64,000 bases of DNA from Oscillospiraceae bacterium (GTDB lineage: Bacteria; Bacillota; Clostridia; UBA1381; UMGS1253): the NCBI GenBank assembly GCA_015068725.1, contig SVKA01000002.1, positions 51,207 through 115,206 of the forward strand, written 5' to 3'. The position numbers and the translations under genes were made by a program. Below, piece by piece: positions 48,528 to 57,494 of the stretch. The notes under the pieces are model-generated. The model saw only the letters and a program-made list of their open reading frames with translations. It had not been told where the DNA came from and did not search any database. Position 1 is the stretch's first letter; every line of letters begins with the position of its first letter.

Positions 48528-49079
48528 TTATTCGTTTTCGTACACGCTGCGCTTCAAAATTCCCACATACGGCAGATTTCTGTGCTTTTGCGCATAATCA
48601 AGGCCATATCCCACGACAAATTCATCAGGGATTTCAAAGCCTGTATAATCCACATCAACATGTGTCTTTCTGCGTGAAGGCTTATCTAAAATTGTGCATA
48701 TTTTAAGACTTGCAGGCTCACGGCTTAACAAAATTTCCTTTACATAATTAAGCGTAAGACCGCTGTCTATTATATCCTCTACCAATAAAACGTGTTTGCC
48801 TGCTATGGGCTTATCAAGGTCTTTATCAATTTTTACAACACCTGATGTTTTTGATGATGAGCCGTAGCTTGATACATTCATAAAATCAATCTCAACAGGA
48901 ACAGTCAATTTTCTCATAAGGTCAACGCTGAACATAACTCCGCCCTTCAAAAGCGTTACAACAAGCACCTCGCAGTCCTTATAATCAGCACTTATCTTTT
49001 CTGCAAGCTCTCCGACTTTCGCCGCAAGCTCATCTTCACTAATCAATACCTTTTCAATGTCCTCGTGAATATACATCAT
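48528..49079 (-). CDS. hpt: Hypoxanthine phosphoribosyltransferase
   Basis: VLLVEDIIDSGLTL PRPP motif. The ATG overlaps the tilS stop (ATGA). Confidence 0.95.
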   Translation of the reverse strand: MMYIHEDIEKVLISEDELAAKVGELAEKISADYKDCEVLVVTLLKGGVMFSVDLMRKLTVPVEIDFMNVSSYGSSSKTSGVVKIDKDLDKPIAGKHVLLVEDIIDSGLTLNYVKEILLSREPASLKICTILDKPSRRKTHVDVDYTGFEIPDEFVVGYGLDYAQKHRNLPYVGILKRSVYENE

Positions 49080-50467
49080 TTACCCTCCCAGAATTCTATC
49101 TTTAGTATTTTATCTGTTTGCTCGCCGACTTTATATAAATCGCTCCTTCTGAGCGTGCATATCCACAGTATCTTGTCATCACATACAACAAGCGGCAATA
49201 TATCACGCACAGATGGTTTGACCTTTTCGTCTATAAAAAAGTCTTTAAGCTTTTTTGACCCCTTCATATTAAACGGCAAAAAACGGTCGCCGTTTTTTCT
49301 GTTTCTTATATATATTTGCCCACTAAGCAAATTATAATCAAAATATTCACAGTTTTTTTTGCGTGGTTGTATCTCGTTTACCAAAGAAAGACGAAAGCTC
49401 ATATCAGCCTCTTTTATATAAACGGTTTGCCCTGCCTGCACTTTGTATGAGTAAGAAATGCGCTCATCTTTCATTTTTTCAAAATAAACTCTGTCATATT
49501 CACGCCTTGCAAAAAGGCTTTCTGCAAGGCTTACCTTTTTGGCGGTTTCACACTTGCCAAACAATTCATCGCAGCGCATCACTGTATCATACGAAATGTC
49601 CTTATCACTGCCACTTAAAACACAAATTGCATTTTTTATAATCCGAAGCGCGAGTGCCTTGTCTGTTTTGTTATACTCTTGTGTATCAATATAAAAACCA
49701 TTTTCACACTCATGCATCATATCGCCAAACAGCTTTTTTGCCTGAGAATTCAAATAAACTGAATCCATACCAACAAGCATTGCATTTTCAGATATCGCCT
49801 CAATCAGATTTGCATTGTATTCCTTTATAAGCTTTGGTATAAGCTTGAGCCTGATTTTATTTCGCGTGTATACATCCTCAAAATTGCTCGCATCAGTAAC
49901 AAAATTTTGACCAATTTCTTCAAGATAGTTTTCAATCTCTTCTCTTGACACGCACAACATAGGACGCGCTATACCATCAGAGCGTTTTGGCAAAATACCC
50001 TTTATGCCATCAATGCCGCTGCCACGAAGATAATACATAAGGCTTGTTTCGGTGTTATCATTTTGGTTATGCGCCGTCAAAATCACATCAAAGCCATACT
50101 CATTTTTAAGCGAGAAAAAATAATCGTATCTTACCTTTCTTGCAGCCGCCTCGACGCTTTGCTTCATTGTTTTTGCCAAAGCGCCTACATCTTTTCGTAA
50201 AACGTGCAGTTTAACTTCAAGCGCACTGCAAAGACTCACACAAAAAGCCTCATCACCGTCTGACGCCTCAGCGCGAAGCATATGATTTACATGTGCCGCC
50301 TCAATTTGTATGCCAAGTTCTTCTTTTAGAGCATACATAACTCTCAAAAGACAAACAGAATCAGCACCGCCCGACAAACAAACCAAAACCCTTTGTCCTT
50401 TTTCGACAAGCTTGTTTTTCGCGCAAAAGCTATACACTTTTTTTACAAAATCAGCTTTGATTTCCAT
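49076..50467 (-). CDS. tilS: tRNA(Ile)-lysidine synthetase
   Basis: VCLSGGADSVCL PP-loop motif. 463 aa. tilS-hpt-ftsH synteny. Confidence 0.9.
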   Translation of the reverse strand: MEIKADFVKKVYSFCAKNKLVEKGQRVLVCLSGGADSVCLLRVMYALKEELGIQIEAAHVNHMLRAEASDGDEAFCVSLCSALEVKLHVLRKDVGALAKTMKQSVEAAARKVRYDYFFSLKNEYGFDVILTAHNQNDNTETSLMYYLRGSGIDGIKGILPKRSDGIARPMLCVSREEIENYLEEIGQNFVTDASNFEDVYTRNKIRLKLIPKLIKEYNANLIEAISENAMLVGMDSVYLNSQAKKLFGDMMHECENGFYIDTQEYNKTDKALALRIIKNAICVLSGSDKDISYDTVMRCDELFGKCETAKKVSLAESLFARREYDRVYFEKMKDERISYSYKVQAGQTVYIKEADMSFRLSLVNEIQPRKKNCEYFDYNLLSGQIYIRNRKNGDRFLPFNMKGSKKLKDFFIDEKVKPSVRDILPLVVCDDKILWICTLRRSDLYKVGEQTDKILKIEFWEGK

Positions 50468-51816
50468 TATACTTCCTCATTACTCTGCTGCTTATCCATA
50501 TGCAAAAAGCGCGTATGTGCACCGTCCCACCAGAACTTAATCGTTCCTGTTTCACCGTTACGATGCTTTGCTACAATACACTCTGCAACATTTTTATCAG
50601 GTGAGTCAGGATTGTAATATTCATCACGATACAAAAACATTACTATATCGGCATCCTGCTCGATTGCGCCCGACTCACGAAGGTCCGAAAGCATTGGACG
50701 CTTGTTTGTTCTGCTCTCGGGTCCACGCGAAAGCTGCGAAAGCGTTATAATCGGGACCTGTATTTCCTTTGCCAGAATTTTAAGTGAGCGCGATATTTCC
50801 GAAACCTCTTGCTGACGGTTCTCACCCTTGTTTTTGCCCGTACCCTGCATAAGCTGCAAATAATCTATAATTACAAGTCCAAGATTGTGCTGCTGTTTTA
50901 GTCTGCGGCACTTTGCACGAATTTCCGATACTGTTACAGACGAAGAATCATCGATAAAAATCGGTGCTTTTGCAAGGCGCTGCATATTTTCACCAATGCT
51001 TGCCCAATCGTTTGCATCAATAGTGCCATCACGAAGCTTGCCGACGCTTACCGCAGACTCCGAGCATATAATTCTGCTCGCAAGCTGTTCTTTTGACATT
51101 TCAAGGTTGAATATAGCCGTCGCGACATTTGCCTTAATAGCGGCATTTTGCGCAATATTTAGCGCAAAACTCGTTTTACCCATAGCAGGACGCGCCGCAA
51201 TCAAAATCAAATCACTCTTTTGAAGTCCCGACGTCATCTGGTCAAGATATCCAAAGCCCGTAGGCACACCCGTAACCTTGCCCTTTTTTGCCGCCATATC
51301 CTGCATCATCTTAAAGGTTTCACCCAAAAGCTCGTTTATACGAACCACGCTGCGCGAATCCTTGCCCTGAAGTATATCAAAAATCTGTTTTTCAGACTTT
51401 TCAAGTATCGTTTCGGGCTCTTCTGATGCATCATATCCCATATTTACAATCGAATTGCCTGCATCGATAAGGCGACGCAAAAGAGCCTTTTGCGCAACGA
51501 TATTTGCATACTGGGTAATATTTGCCGTAGTCGGAACAGATGATGCAATATTTGATAAATACGATATTCCGCCTACTGCATCAAGCTTACTTTGACCTAA
51601 AAGCGCATCAGATACCGTTACAATATCAATAGCCTTATTTGTATTAAAAAGCTCAAGCATAACCGCAAAAATCGCCTTATTATGCTCGAAATAAAAATCA
51701 TCTTCTCCTATAAGCTCACTGACCGCCGCCATGCAGTTGTGGTCAATAAGCACACCGCCAAGCACCGACTGTTCAGCCTCGACGCTGTATGGCATTGTTC
51801 TTCCCGCCAAATCCAT
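50467..51816 (-). CDS. dnaB: Replicative DNA helicase (DnaB family; DnaC in Bacillus nomenclature)
   Basis: PYSVEAEQSVLGG N-terminus, Walker A ARPAMGKTSFALN, IIDYLQLM, SQLSRG. Confidence 0.95.
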   Translation of the reverse strand: MDLAGRTMPYSVEAEQSVLGGVLIDHNCMAAVSELIGEDDFYFEHNKAIFAVMLELFNTNKAIDIVTVSDALLGQSKLDAVGGISYLSNIASSVPTTANITQYANIVAQKALLRRLIDAGNSIVNMGYDASEEPETILEKSEKQIFDILQGKDSRSVVRINELLGETFKMMQDMAAKKGKVTGVPTGFGYLDQMTSGLQKSDLILIAARPAMGKTSFALNIAQNAAIKANVATAIFNLEMSKEQLASRIICSESAVSVGKLRDGTIDANDWASIGENMQRLAKAPIFIDDSSSVTVSEIRAKCRRLKQQHNLGLVIIDYLQLMQGTGKNKGENRQQEVSEISRSLKILAKEIQVPIITLSQLSRGPESRTNKRPMLSDLRESGAIEQDADIVMFLYRDEYYNPDSPDKNVAECIVAKHRNGETGTIKFWWDGAHTRFLHMDKQQSNEEV

Positions 51817-51845
51817 CTTTCATTCTCTCCTTAGAAGGCTATTGG

Positions 51846-52292
51846 TTACTCCTCAGTAACAATAACCTTAAGCTTTGCCGTAATTTCGGGGTATACGCGC
51901 ACCTCAACCTGTGTTGTGCCGATAGTTTTAATACCATCAGGCATATTAAACTTCTTTTTATCAACAACGATATGCTGCTGCATTTTAAGTGCCTCGGCTA
52001 CATCCTTGCTTGTTATCGAGCCAAAAAGCTTGCCGCCTGCACCCGCTTTTGCTTTAAGCGATACGCTCGCCTCATCAATCCTGGCTTTAAGCTCAAGCGC
52101 CTGTTGTTTTTCCTGCTCCTTATGAAATGCCTGTGCCTCCTGTTGTCCCTTTGCAGCATTAAGATTTGTGCTGTTTGCCTCTACTGCAAGCTTGCGCGGA
52201 AACAAAAAATTGCGTGCATATCCGTCAGAAACCTCTTTGATTTCACCTTTTTTTCCTTTACCCTTTACATCTGCCTGTAAAATTACTTTCAT
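51846..52292 (-). CDS. rplI: 50S ribosomal protein L9
   Basis: [32 protein letters not shown]... Confidence 0.95.
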   Translation of the reverse strand: MKVILQADVKGKGKKGEIKEVSDGYARNFLFPRKLAVEANSTNLNAAKGQQEAQAFHKEQEKQQALELKARIDEASVSLKAKAGAGGKLFGSITSKDVAEALKMQQHIVVDKKKFNMPDGIKTIGTTQVEVRVYPEITAKLKVIVTEE

Positions 52293-52341
52293 AATAAACT
52301 CTCCCTTTTACACTAAGTAGCTATATAACTATATGCCAATT

Positions 52342-54351
52342 TTATTCTTGCTTGCCTATATATTCATCAATCGCCGACAAAAGATTTTCGCGCGCTTCTT
52401 CTATACTCATTTCTTTAAGCTGCGCGCCCGCCACCGTAAGATGACCGCCACCACCGAGCTTTTCAAGTATAAGCTGAACATTGACAGATCCCCACGATCT
52501 GCCGCTTATGATTATCTCATCCCCAAGCGGAGCAATAACAAACGATGCTTCAACGCCCTCAATTCCAAGAAGCTCATCAGCTGCCTGTGCTACAACCACC
52601 ATTGTATCACTAAGCTCCTGCTCGCACAGCGCAACTGCAATATTATCATGGATAAACTCGGCGCAGCTTACAATCTGTGCTTTGTTGGCATAATGCTCAA
52701 TATCGCTTTGGAACATTTTCTTAACCTCTACCGTGTCAACACCGTGTTTGCGCAAAAACGATGCCGCATCAAATGTGCGCACGCCCGTTTTGAAGGTAAA
52801 GTTCTTTGTATCCATATAAATACCGGCGTAAATCGCCTCTGCTTCAAGCTTTGTAAGCATCACCTTATTATCCATATACTGCAAAAGCTCTGTAACCATT
52901 TCACTCGTAGAAGATGCATACGGCTCATGATAAACAAGCGAGCAGTTTTCAACAAATTCTGTGCTTCGTCTGTGATGGTCAATAAGTACAATTTCGCCCG
53001 CTTTTTTAAGAAGCTCAGGATTTTCCGTAAGCGACGGACGATGTGTATCGACAACAATAAGCACCGTATCTTCATTTACAAGCTGCATCGCTTCCTCGGG
53101 CGATATAAATAATCCTGCATTTTCCTCTCCCGCAGAGCGCATAGCTAAAACAAGCTTTTTAGCAGCTTCACCACACTCGCCACAGACAATGTGCACATCC
53201 TTGCCGCGATTTTTTACGCTGCGAGATAAACCGACAGCCGCACCCAAAGAGTCCATATCGGGCGATTTGTGTCCCATTATCACAACATTTTTCTCAGTCG
53301 TGATAAGCTGCTTTAAAGCGTATGCTACCACACGCGATTTTACTCTCGTGCTCTTTTCATGCTCTTTTGTTTTTCCGCCATAAAATCTGAATTGTCCCTC
53401 GTCTTTTATAACAACCTGGTCGCCTCCACGGCCAAGTGCCATATCAAGTGCCATCCTCGAATATTCTTCATTTGATACTATATTTTCGCCACCACAGCCT
53501 ATACCAATGCTGATAGTAGCAGGCGTTTTATTTCCTATACTTATCTCGCGCACATGGTCTAAAATCTCAAATTTTTCACTAATAAACTTTTCAAGATATT
53601 TATGCTCAAATATAAATACATATCTGTCGCGTTCAAGCTTTTTCAAAACACCTTTCACGTCGCCTATCCACTCGTGAATATACTTTGCAATAAGCGAGCT
53701 CATCTGTGGCTTTGATGATTCTTCCATGCTGTTCATAACATCATCATAATTGTCAATCAAAATAACGCACATATCGGTCTTTTCTTCAAGATATTTTGTC
53801 TTAATCTCAGTAAGCTCCGTTTTGTCAAGCCAATAAAGCAAAATCAGGTATTCATTATCCCTTTTTGGATCAGGTTTTATTATGTTACCCATAACACTGT
53901 ATTTTCGATTGCGATACGTAACATCAAGCGATATCCCCTCCTGCATACGAAGTACATCGCTCCAGTTTAGATCTTCAACAATCTCCGTAACGTTTCTTTC
54001 AAACAAAACCTCGCCTTCAATAATCTCGGCAAAGCTTTGGTTATACCACGAAACGCGTCCATCAAGATGTGTTATAAGCATTGGAAACGGAATGTTAACC
54101 AAAGAGTCCCTCGTCGCAGTATCCATGTGGCTGTTTAGCGTATGAACATACTCGCGTATATCCATTTCGCGCCTTTTATGCTCAAGAATATTAAGCGTAA
54201 ACAAAACAAGGAAGAGTACAATCTCAACAATACTCAACCAAAGCTGCTCAGGACCAGTTATAAACGTGAGTATTGCACACACAAGCACACACCACTGTGC
54301 AACGCTGAGCGCACGATATAAGTTTATAAAATACAGTTTACTTTTCTTCAT
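52342..54351 (-). CDS. gdpP: GdpP-type cyclic-di-AMP phosphodiesterase (2 TM, PAS-like, degenerate GGDEF, DHH/DHHA1)
   Basis: 669 aa. N-terminal TM pair, DHH motif (VLIDHHR), DHHA1 GGGH (LGGGGHLTVAG). yybS-gdpP-rplI-dnaB synteny as in Bacillus. Confidence 0.85.
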   Translation of the reverse strand: MKKSKLYFINLYRALSVAQWCVLVCAILTFITGPEQLWLSIVEIVLFLVLFTLNILEHKRREMDIREYVHTLNSHMDTATRDSLVNIPFPMLITHLDGRVSWYNQSFAEIIEGEVLFERNVTEIVEDLNWSDVLRMQEGISLDVTYRNRKYSVMGNIIKPDPKRDNEYLILLYWLDKTELTEIKTKYLEEKTDMCVILIDNYDDVMNSMEESSKPQMSSLIAKYIHEWIGDVKGVLKKLERDRYVFIFEHKYLEKFISEKFEILDHVREISIGNKTPATISIGIGCGGENIVSNEEYSRMALDMALGRGGDQVVIKDEGQFRFYGGKTKEHEKSTRVKSRVVAYALKQLITTEKNVVIMGHKSPDMDSLGAAVGLSRSVKNRGKDVHIVCGECGEAAKKLVLAMRSAGEENAGLFISPEEAMQLVNEDTVLIVVDTHRPSLTENPELLKKAGEIVLIDHHRRSTEFVENCSLVYHEPYASSTSEMVTELLQYMDNKVMLTKLEAEAIYAGIYMDTKNFTFKTGVRTFDAASFLRKHGVDTVEVKKMFQSDIEHYANKAQIVSCAEFIHDNIAVALCEQELSDTMVVVAQAADELLGIEGVEASFVIAPLGDEIIISGRSWGSVNVQLILEKLGGGGHLTVAGAQLKEMSIEEARENLLSAIDEYIGKQE

Positions 54352-54375
54352 ACTACAAAGTTCCTTTCTGTGCTT

Positions 54376-55296
54376 TTACACATCACTCGGATTTTTTCCG
54401 ATTTTTCTGATGTTTATAAAAGCATCAATCAAGCCAATAAATACAAATACCGATGAACCTGTAAACGTAGCTATTACCAATACTATGTACGCAAGTGCTT
54501 TACCAACTCTGTTTTTTATACGCTTTATAGTAAATGCTATACTGCTTACACCGCACGCAAATATAAAAAACACAAGTATTACAATAATATTTACAAGCGC
54601 TCCGGCAATAATTCCATCAGCAAACATACTTACTATAAAACAAATCACAACTGCAAGCGCACATGTTTTGTCAGCCTTAATTTCGCTAAACGGTCTGTAT
54701 ACACCCATATACGAGTTATCCCGCTTTTTCAAAAGTGTAACAGTTATATAAAACACCAGATACGAAAGTGCCGCCATCATACATATAAAAATCGATGGAA
54801 GAAACATATTAAACATTTCACCAAGCATCTGCTGATATTGCTCCGTAACGCCATAAATCGTTCCAACATCGGCTATCGCCTGCTCTGTCATATCATTAAA
54901 ATATGCCATAGCATCGCCCGAATTCATATAAAATATAAGCAAAGCCAATAATACCGAAATCATTTCACCAATCGCAGCAAAAGATATCGTCTTTAAAAGG
55001 CTGCTTTTTCTTTTTATTGCAATCCCAAGCATAGCCGCCACCGGCAATGTAAATGCAGCCGGCGCTACGTTTATCTGCATGCTTATAAAAGACGGAACCA
55101 AAACAATAATTATTATCGGCAAAATCATACGTTTTAAATCAAAACGCACAAACATATATGTAAAAACAATCGGTATCAAAACAAACAACGAAATTTCCGA
55201 AATGCCTGCAAAAATTATTGCAAAATCAAGCAGCACCAAAATCAAATTACACAACACATATTCTTTGACAGACGCTTTATTCTCCTTGTTGTCCAA
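54376..55296 (-). CDS. yybS: YybS/DUF2232 family membrane protein
   Basis: 306-aa polytopic membrane protein in the conserved position upstream of gdpP. Confidence 0.7.
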   Translation of the reverse strand: MDNKENKASVKEYVLCNLILVLLDFAIIFAGISEISLFVLIPIVFTYMFVRFDLKRMILPIIIIVLVPSFISMQINVAPAAFTLPVAAMLGIAIKRKSSLLKTISFAAIGEMISVLLALLIFYMNSGDAMAYFNDMTEQAIADVGTIYGVTEQYQQMLGEMFNMFLPSIFICMMAALSYLVFYITVTLLKKRDNSYMGVYRPFSEIKADKTCALAVVICFIVSMFADGIIAGALVNIIVILVFFIFACGVSSIAFTIKRIKNRVGKALAYIVLVIATFTGSSVFVFIGLIDAFINIRKIGKNPSDV

Positions 55297-55445
55297 TATA
55301 TATCACCCCGGCAAACCAACTAATCTTTAACAGAATTTTGTCTATAATAAAGGTAATATATACTATATCACAAATATAGTACATATGTCAAATCTAAAAG
55401 ACTTTTTTATATATAAAACTTATCAATATCACATTTTTAACACGC

Positions 55446-55481
55446 AAAAATCCCTGCCCAGCAACGCCAAACAGGGATTTT
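55446..55481 (-). terminator. Intrinsic terminator closing the peptide/SLH/kinase-like unit
   Basis: Minus strand: AAATCCCTG-(15 nt)-CAGGGATTT, then TTGCG. Confidence 0.6.
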
Positions 55482-55493
55482 ATCATAATTTTA

Positions 55494-56231
55494 TTAACAA
55501 TCTTTGCTCATAGCATTGTACGCCACATCAACTGCATCAAGCTCCATATTACATTTAAGCTTGTATACCTTCACATTCTTTACCAGATTTTCAACAAGCG
55601 GCACAACCTTATCAAGATTGTCCATGTTTTTTATACGCAAAGTCTGCGAAAGTATACCTGCAAATGCAGTCTGCACATCAAAAAGCTCAATAGAATTTTT
55701 TTCAGCGCGCTCAATAAATGCTATTGCACCAAGTGGCACACGCATATTGATATTAGCAGGCGTCTTTCCGCTCCACGGCGTTCCGTAAGCATAAAACCTT
55801 CCATCAACAAAGCGGATTGCGGGCTTGTCATCATTTAAAATCACAGCCGCATCACCAAAACGCCTTAGCCAAAGCGATGTATGTGTCGATTTGCCTGTTC
55901 CGCACGGTGCTGAAAACAAATATGCCTTGTTTTCATACACAACCGCAGAAGAATGAAGCATAAAGCCGGAATAATTAAGAAGGCCTGTATAAAATCTGCT
56001 ACCCGTAAGCAAATACTCGCAATCATCAAGGCTAAGATGCGCATTTTTCTGTTTTGCTCTTTCAAGCACATCTCTCTCAACAGCTATTTTTATGTCGGGC
56101 TCACCTTCATAATCGCATATATAATCCACGCTCTGCTTTAAAAGCGTATCACCGCCAAAGGTCAATTCAACCTTCATACCTGCTACACATAATTTTCTTA
56201 TATGCTTTTTTTTATCAAAGTTCGCCGCCAT
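55494..56231 (-). CDS. HPr-kinase/phosphorylase C-domain-like P-loop protein (HprK-related kinase family)
   Basis: GFMLHSSAVVYENKAYLFSAPCGTGKSTHTSLWLRRFGDAAVILNDDKPAIRF parallels the HPrK/P core (LH..v.v.g.gvLi.G.SG.GKS..al.L...G..lv.DD). No signal peptide. The ATG at 56229-56231 overlaps the upstream SLH gene by 17 nt; an alternative ATG is at 56177. Confidence 0.65.
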   Translation of the reverse strand: MAANFDKKKHIRKLCVAGMKVELTFGGDTLLKQSVDYICDYEGEPDIKIAVERDVLERAKQKNAHLSLDDCEYLLTGSRFYTGLLNYSGFMLHSSAVVYENKAYLFSAPCGTGKSTHTSLWLRRFGDAAVILNDDKPAIRFVDGRFYAYGTPWSGKTPANINMRVPLGAIAFIERAEKNSIELFDVQTAFAGILSQTLRIKNMDNLDKVVPLVENLVKNVKVYKLKCNMELDAVDVAYNAMSKDC

Positions 56232-57240
56232 CTTCTATACCGCCAGTTGAGTTATCAATAGTGCCACCGGTATTTCCGCCGCCACCGGCACTTCCGCCGC
56301 CACCAGCACTTCCGCCGCCACCGGCACTTCCGCCGCCACCAGCACTTCCGCCGCCACCGGCACTTCCGCCGCCACCGGCACCACCACTGCCACCGGCAGC
56401 TCCGCCAGATTCAGGAGCAGGAGTCGTAGCAACAACCTTATTATTATTTGCATCGTTAACAATTCTGCCTTCTACCGTCGCACCTGAAAGTGTAACGCCA
56501 TTTTCTTCAACAGAATAACCAAGTATCAAATCACCTTTGATATTGCCTGTAATCTTAACGTCATTTGCGCGTACCATAACATTACCTTCACCAAGCTCTT
56601 CATACGTGCCCGGCTCTGTTATATATATCTTTACGATATTATCCATAAGAACCGCAAATTCCGAACGTGTAATATTATTTTTGGGATTAAGATATCCGTC
56701 AGAGCCTTTTGCATATCCATTTTCAACGATTGCTGCCACAAACGGAACCGCCCAGTCAGAAATATCGCCTTTATCCTTAAAATCCGCCAAAACGTTCTCA
56801 TCACCCTGTGAAAGCTCAAACGCACGCGATAAAACAGTAAAAGCCTCTTCACGTGTAATGTTATTGTCGGGGTTTAAGCTTTCTCCGTCGCCTTTAAAAA
56901 TTCCCATAGCAACAGATTTTGCCATATCATCACGATACCATGCATCAGCGCTCACATCGACAAACGAAGAAATATCAGCCATCTGTGATGCTGCAAACGA
57001 ACGCACCATAATAGCCGCCATCTGTGCACGCGTTACGCAATCCTCGGGCATAATTTTTCCGTCATAACCATTCAAAAGTCCGTTCTCAACCGCTTTGTTA
57101 AGAGCAGCTGTTGCCCAGTTATCAGGCATATCGCTGAATGTTGTATCAGCAGCACAAATGCTCACAGGCATAACTAACATCATACACAAAGCTACAACAC
57201 AAGCTATTGCCTTACTCTTTTTTAACTTTAACATACTCAT
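56215..57240 (-). CDS. Secreted S-layer-homology (3x SLH) cell-wall-anchored protein with a Gly-rich C-terminal tail
   Basis: Signal peptide (AIACVVALCMMLVMPVSICA). Three SLH repeats (FSDMPDNWATAALNKAVENGLLNG; FVDVSADAWYRDDMAKSVAMGIFKG; FKDKGDISDWAVPFVAAIVENGYAKG). The tail is GGSGGAGGGGSAGGGGSAGGGGSAGGGGSAGGGGSAGGGGNTGG. Confidence 0.85.
   Translation of the reverse strand: MSMLKLKKSKAIACVVALCMMLVMPVSICAADTTFSDMPDNWATAALNKAVENGLLNGYDGKIMPEDCVTRAQMAAIMVRSFAASQMADISSFVDVSADAWYRDDMAKSVAMGIFKGDGESLNPDNNITREEAFTVLSRAFELSQGDENVLADFKDKGDISDWAVPFVAAIVENGYAKGSDGYLNPKNNITRSEFAVLMDNIVKIYITEPGTYEELGEGNVMVRANDVKITGNIKGDLILGYSVEENGVTLSGATVEGRIVNDANNNKVVATTPAPESGGAAGGSGGAGGGGSAGGGGSAGGGGSAGGGGSAGGGGSAGGGGNTGGTIDNSTGGIEDGGEL
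56275..56382. repeat. Tandem 18-nt coding repeat, about 6 units, alternating G/A variants (36-nt super-period)
   Basis: tccgccgccacc(g/a)gcact repeated head to tail. It encodes (GGGGSA)n on the minus strand and produces a spurious PPPPAL ORF on the plus strand. Confidence 0.9.
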
Positions 57241-57281
57241 CCCATCCTTTTTTGCGAAATTAAATAGTTTTTTAGAGTTAA

Positions 57282-57313
57282 ATAGGCAAACGGAAAATAC
57301 ACCGCCTGCCTAT
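57282..57313 (-). other. 12-bp stem-loop between the small-peptide ORF and the SLH gene (attenuator or stabiliser, not a full terminator)
   Basis: Minus strand: ATAGGCAGGCGG-TGTATTTT-CCGTTTGCCTAT (two G-U pairs). No T-run follows. Confidence 0.5.
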
Positions 57314-57334
57314 CGTTGATTTTGATTTTGTTTT

Positions 57335-57460
57335 TTATTCCTCATCATTTTCTTCGCCGTCTTCAATTCCGTATGGATCCGAAATAAATTCACCGCTCAT
57401 AACAGCCTTTGTGTCAAAAATAATTTCGTCTATTATTGGTTTTTCATACAATTCTTTCAT
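57335..57460 (-). CDS. 41-aa hyper-acidic small protein/peptide
   Basis: MKELYEKPIIDEIIFDTKAVMSGEFISDPYGIEDGEENDEE. GAGAGGAGAG RBS 8 nt upstream of the ATG at 57458-57460. Dedicated promoter about 30 nt further upstream. The track's 63-aa version includes 22 codons that overlie that promoter and RBS. Confidence 0.55.
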   Translation of the reverse strand: MKELYEKPIIDEIIFDTKAVMSGEFISDPYGIEDGEENDEE

Positions 57461-57494
57461 AAAAAATACTCTCCTCTCGACACCGCTTACATAT

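Noticed and set aside
52333-53112. 259-aa plus-strand ORF antisense to gdpP. Similar long antisense or alternate-frame ORFs occur at 16950-17618, 22206-22799, 33799-34332, 6525-7064, 37134-37637, 51789-52280, 54266-54751, 34618-35085, 62993-63526 and 63015-63536.
   Set aside because: Each lies entirely inside a confidently identified gene on the other strand or in another frame. They have Arg/Cys/Phe/Ile-rich junk-like composition and lack an RBS. Such ORFs are an expected by-product of stop-poor antisense frames.
56275-56382. Possible CRISPR-like array, because of the regular short repeats
   Set aside because: The repeats are contiguous 18-nt units with no spacers, lie in frame within a coding region, and no cas genes are present.
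56054-56518. 154-aa plus-strand ORF with a PPPPAL x6 repeat (superficially a proline-rich surface protein)
   Set aside because: It is the reverse-complement reading of the (GGGGSA)n repeat in the SLH gene. It has no RBS and spans the junction of two real minus-strand genes.
57335-57460. Classifying the acidic peptide as a ranthipeptide, sactipeptide or lasso precursor
   Set aside because: The core has no Cys. I saw no radical-SAM, RRE/PqqD, lasso cyclase/protease or ABC exporter genes in the window. Only the leader-like YEKP motif and the HprK-like neighbour hint at modification, so it is kept as an open finding rather than a class call.
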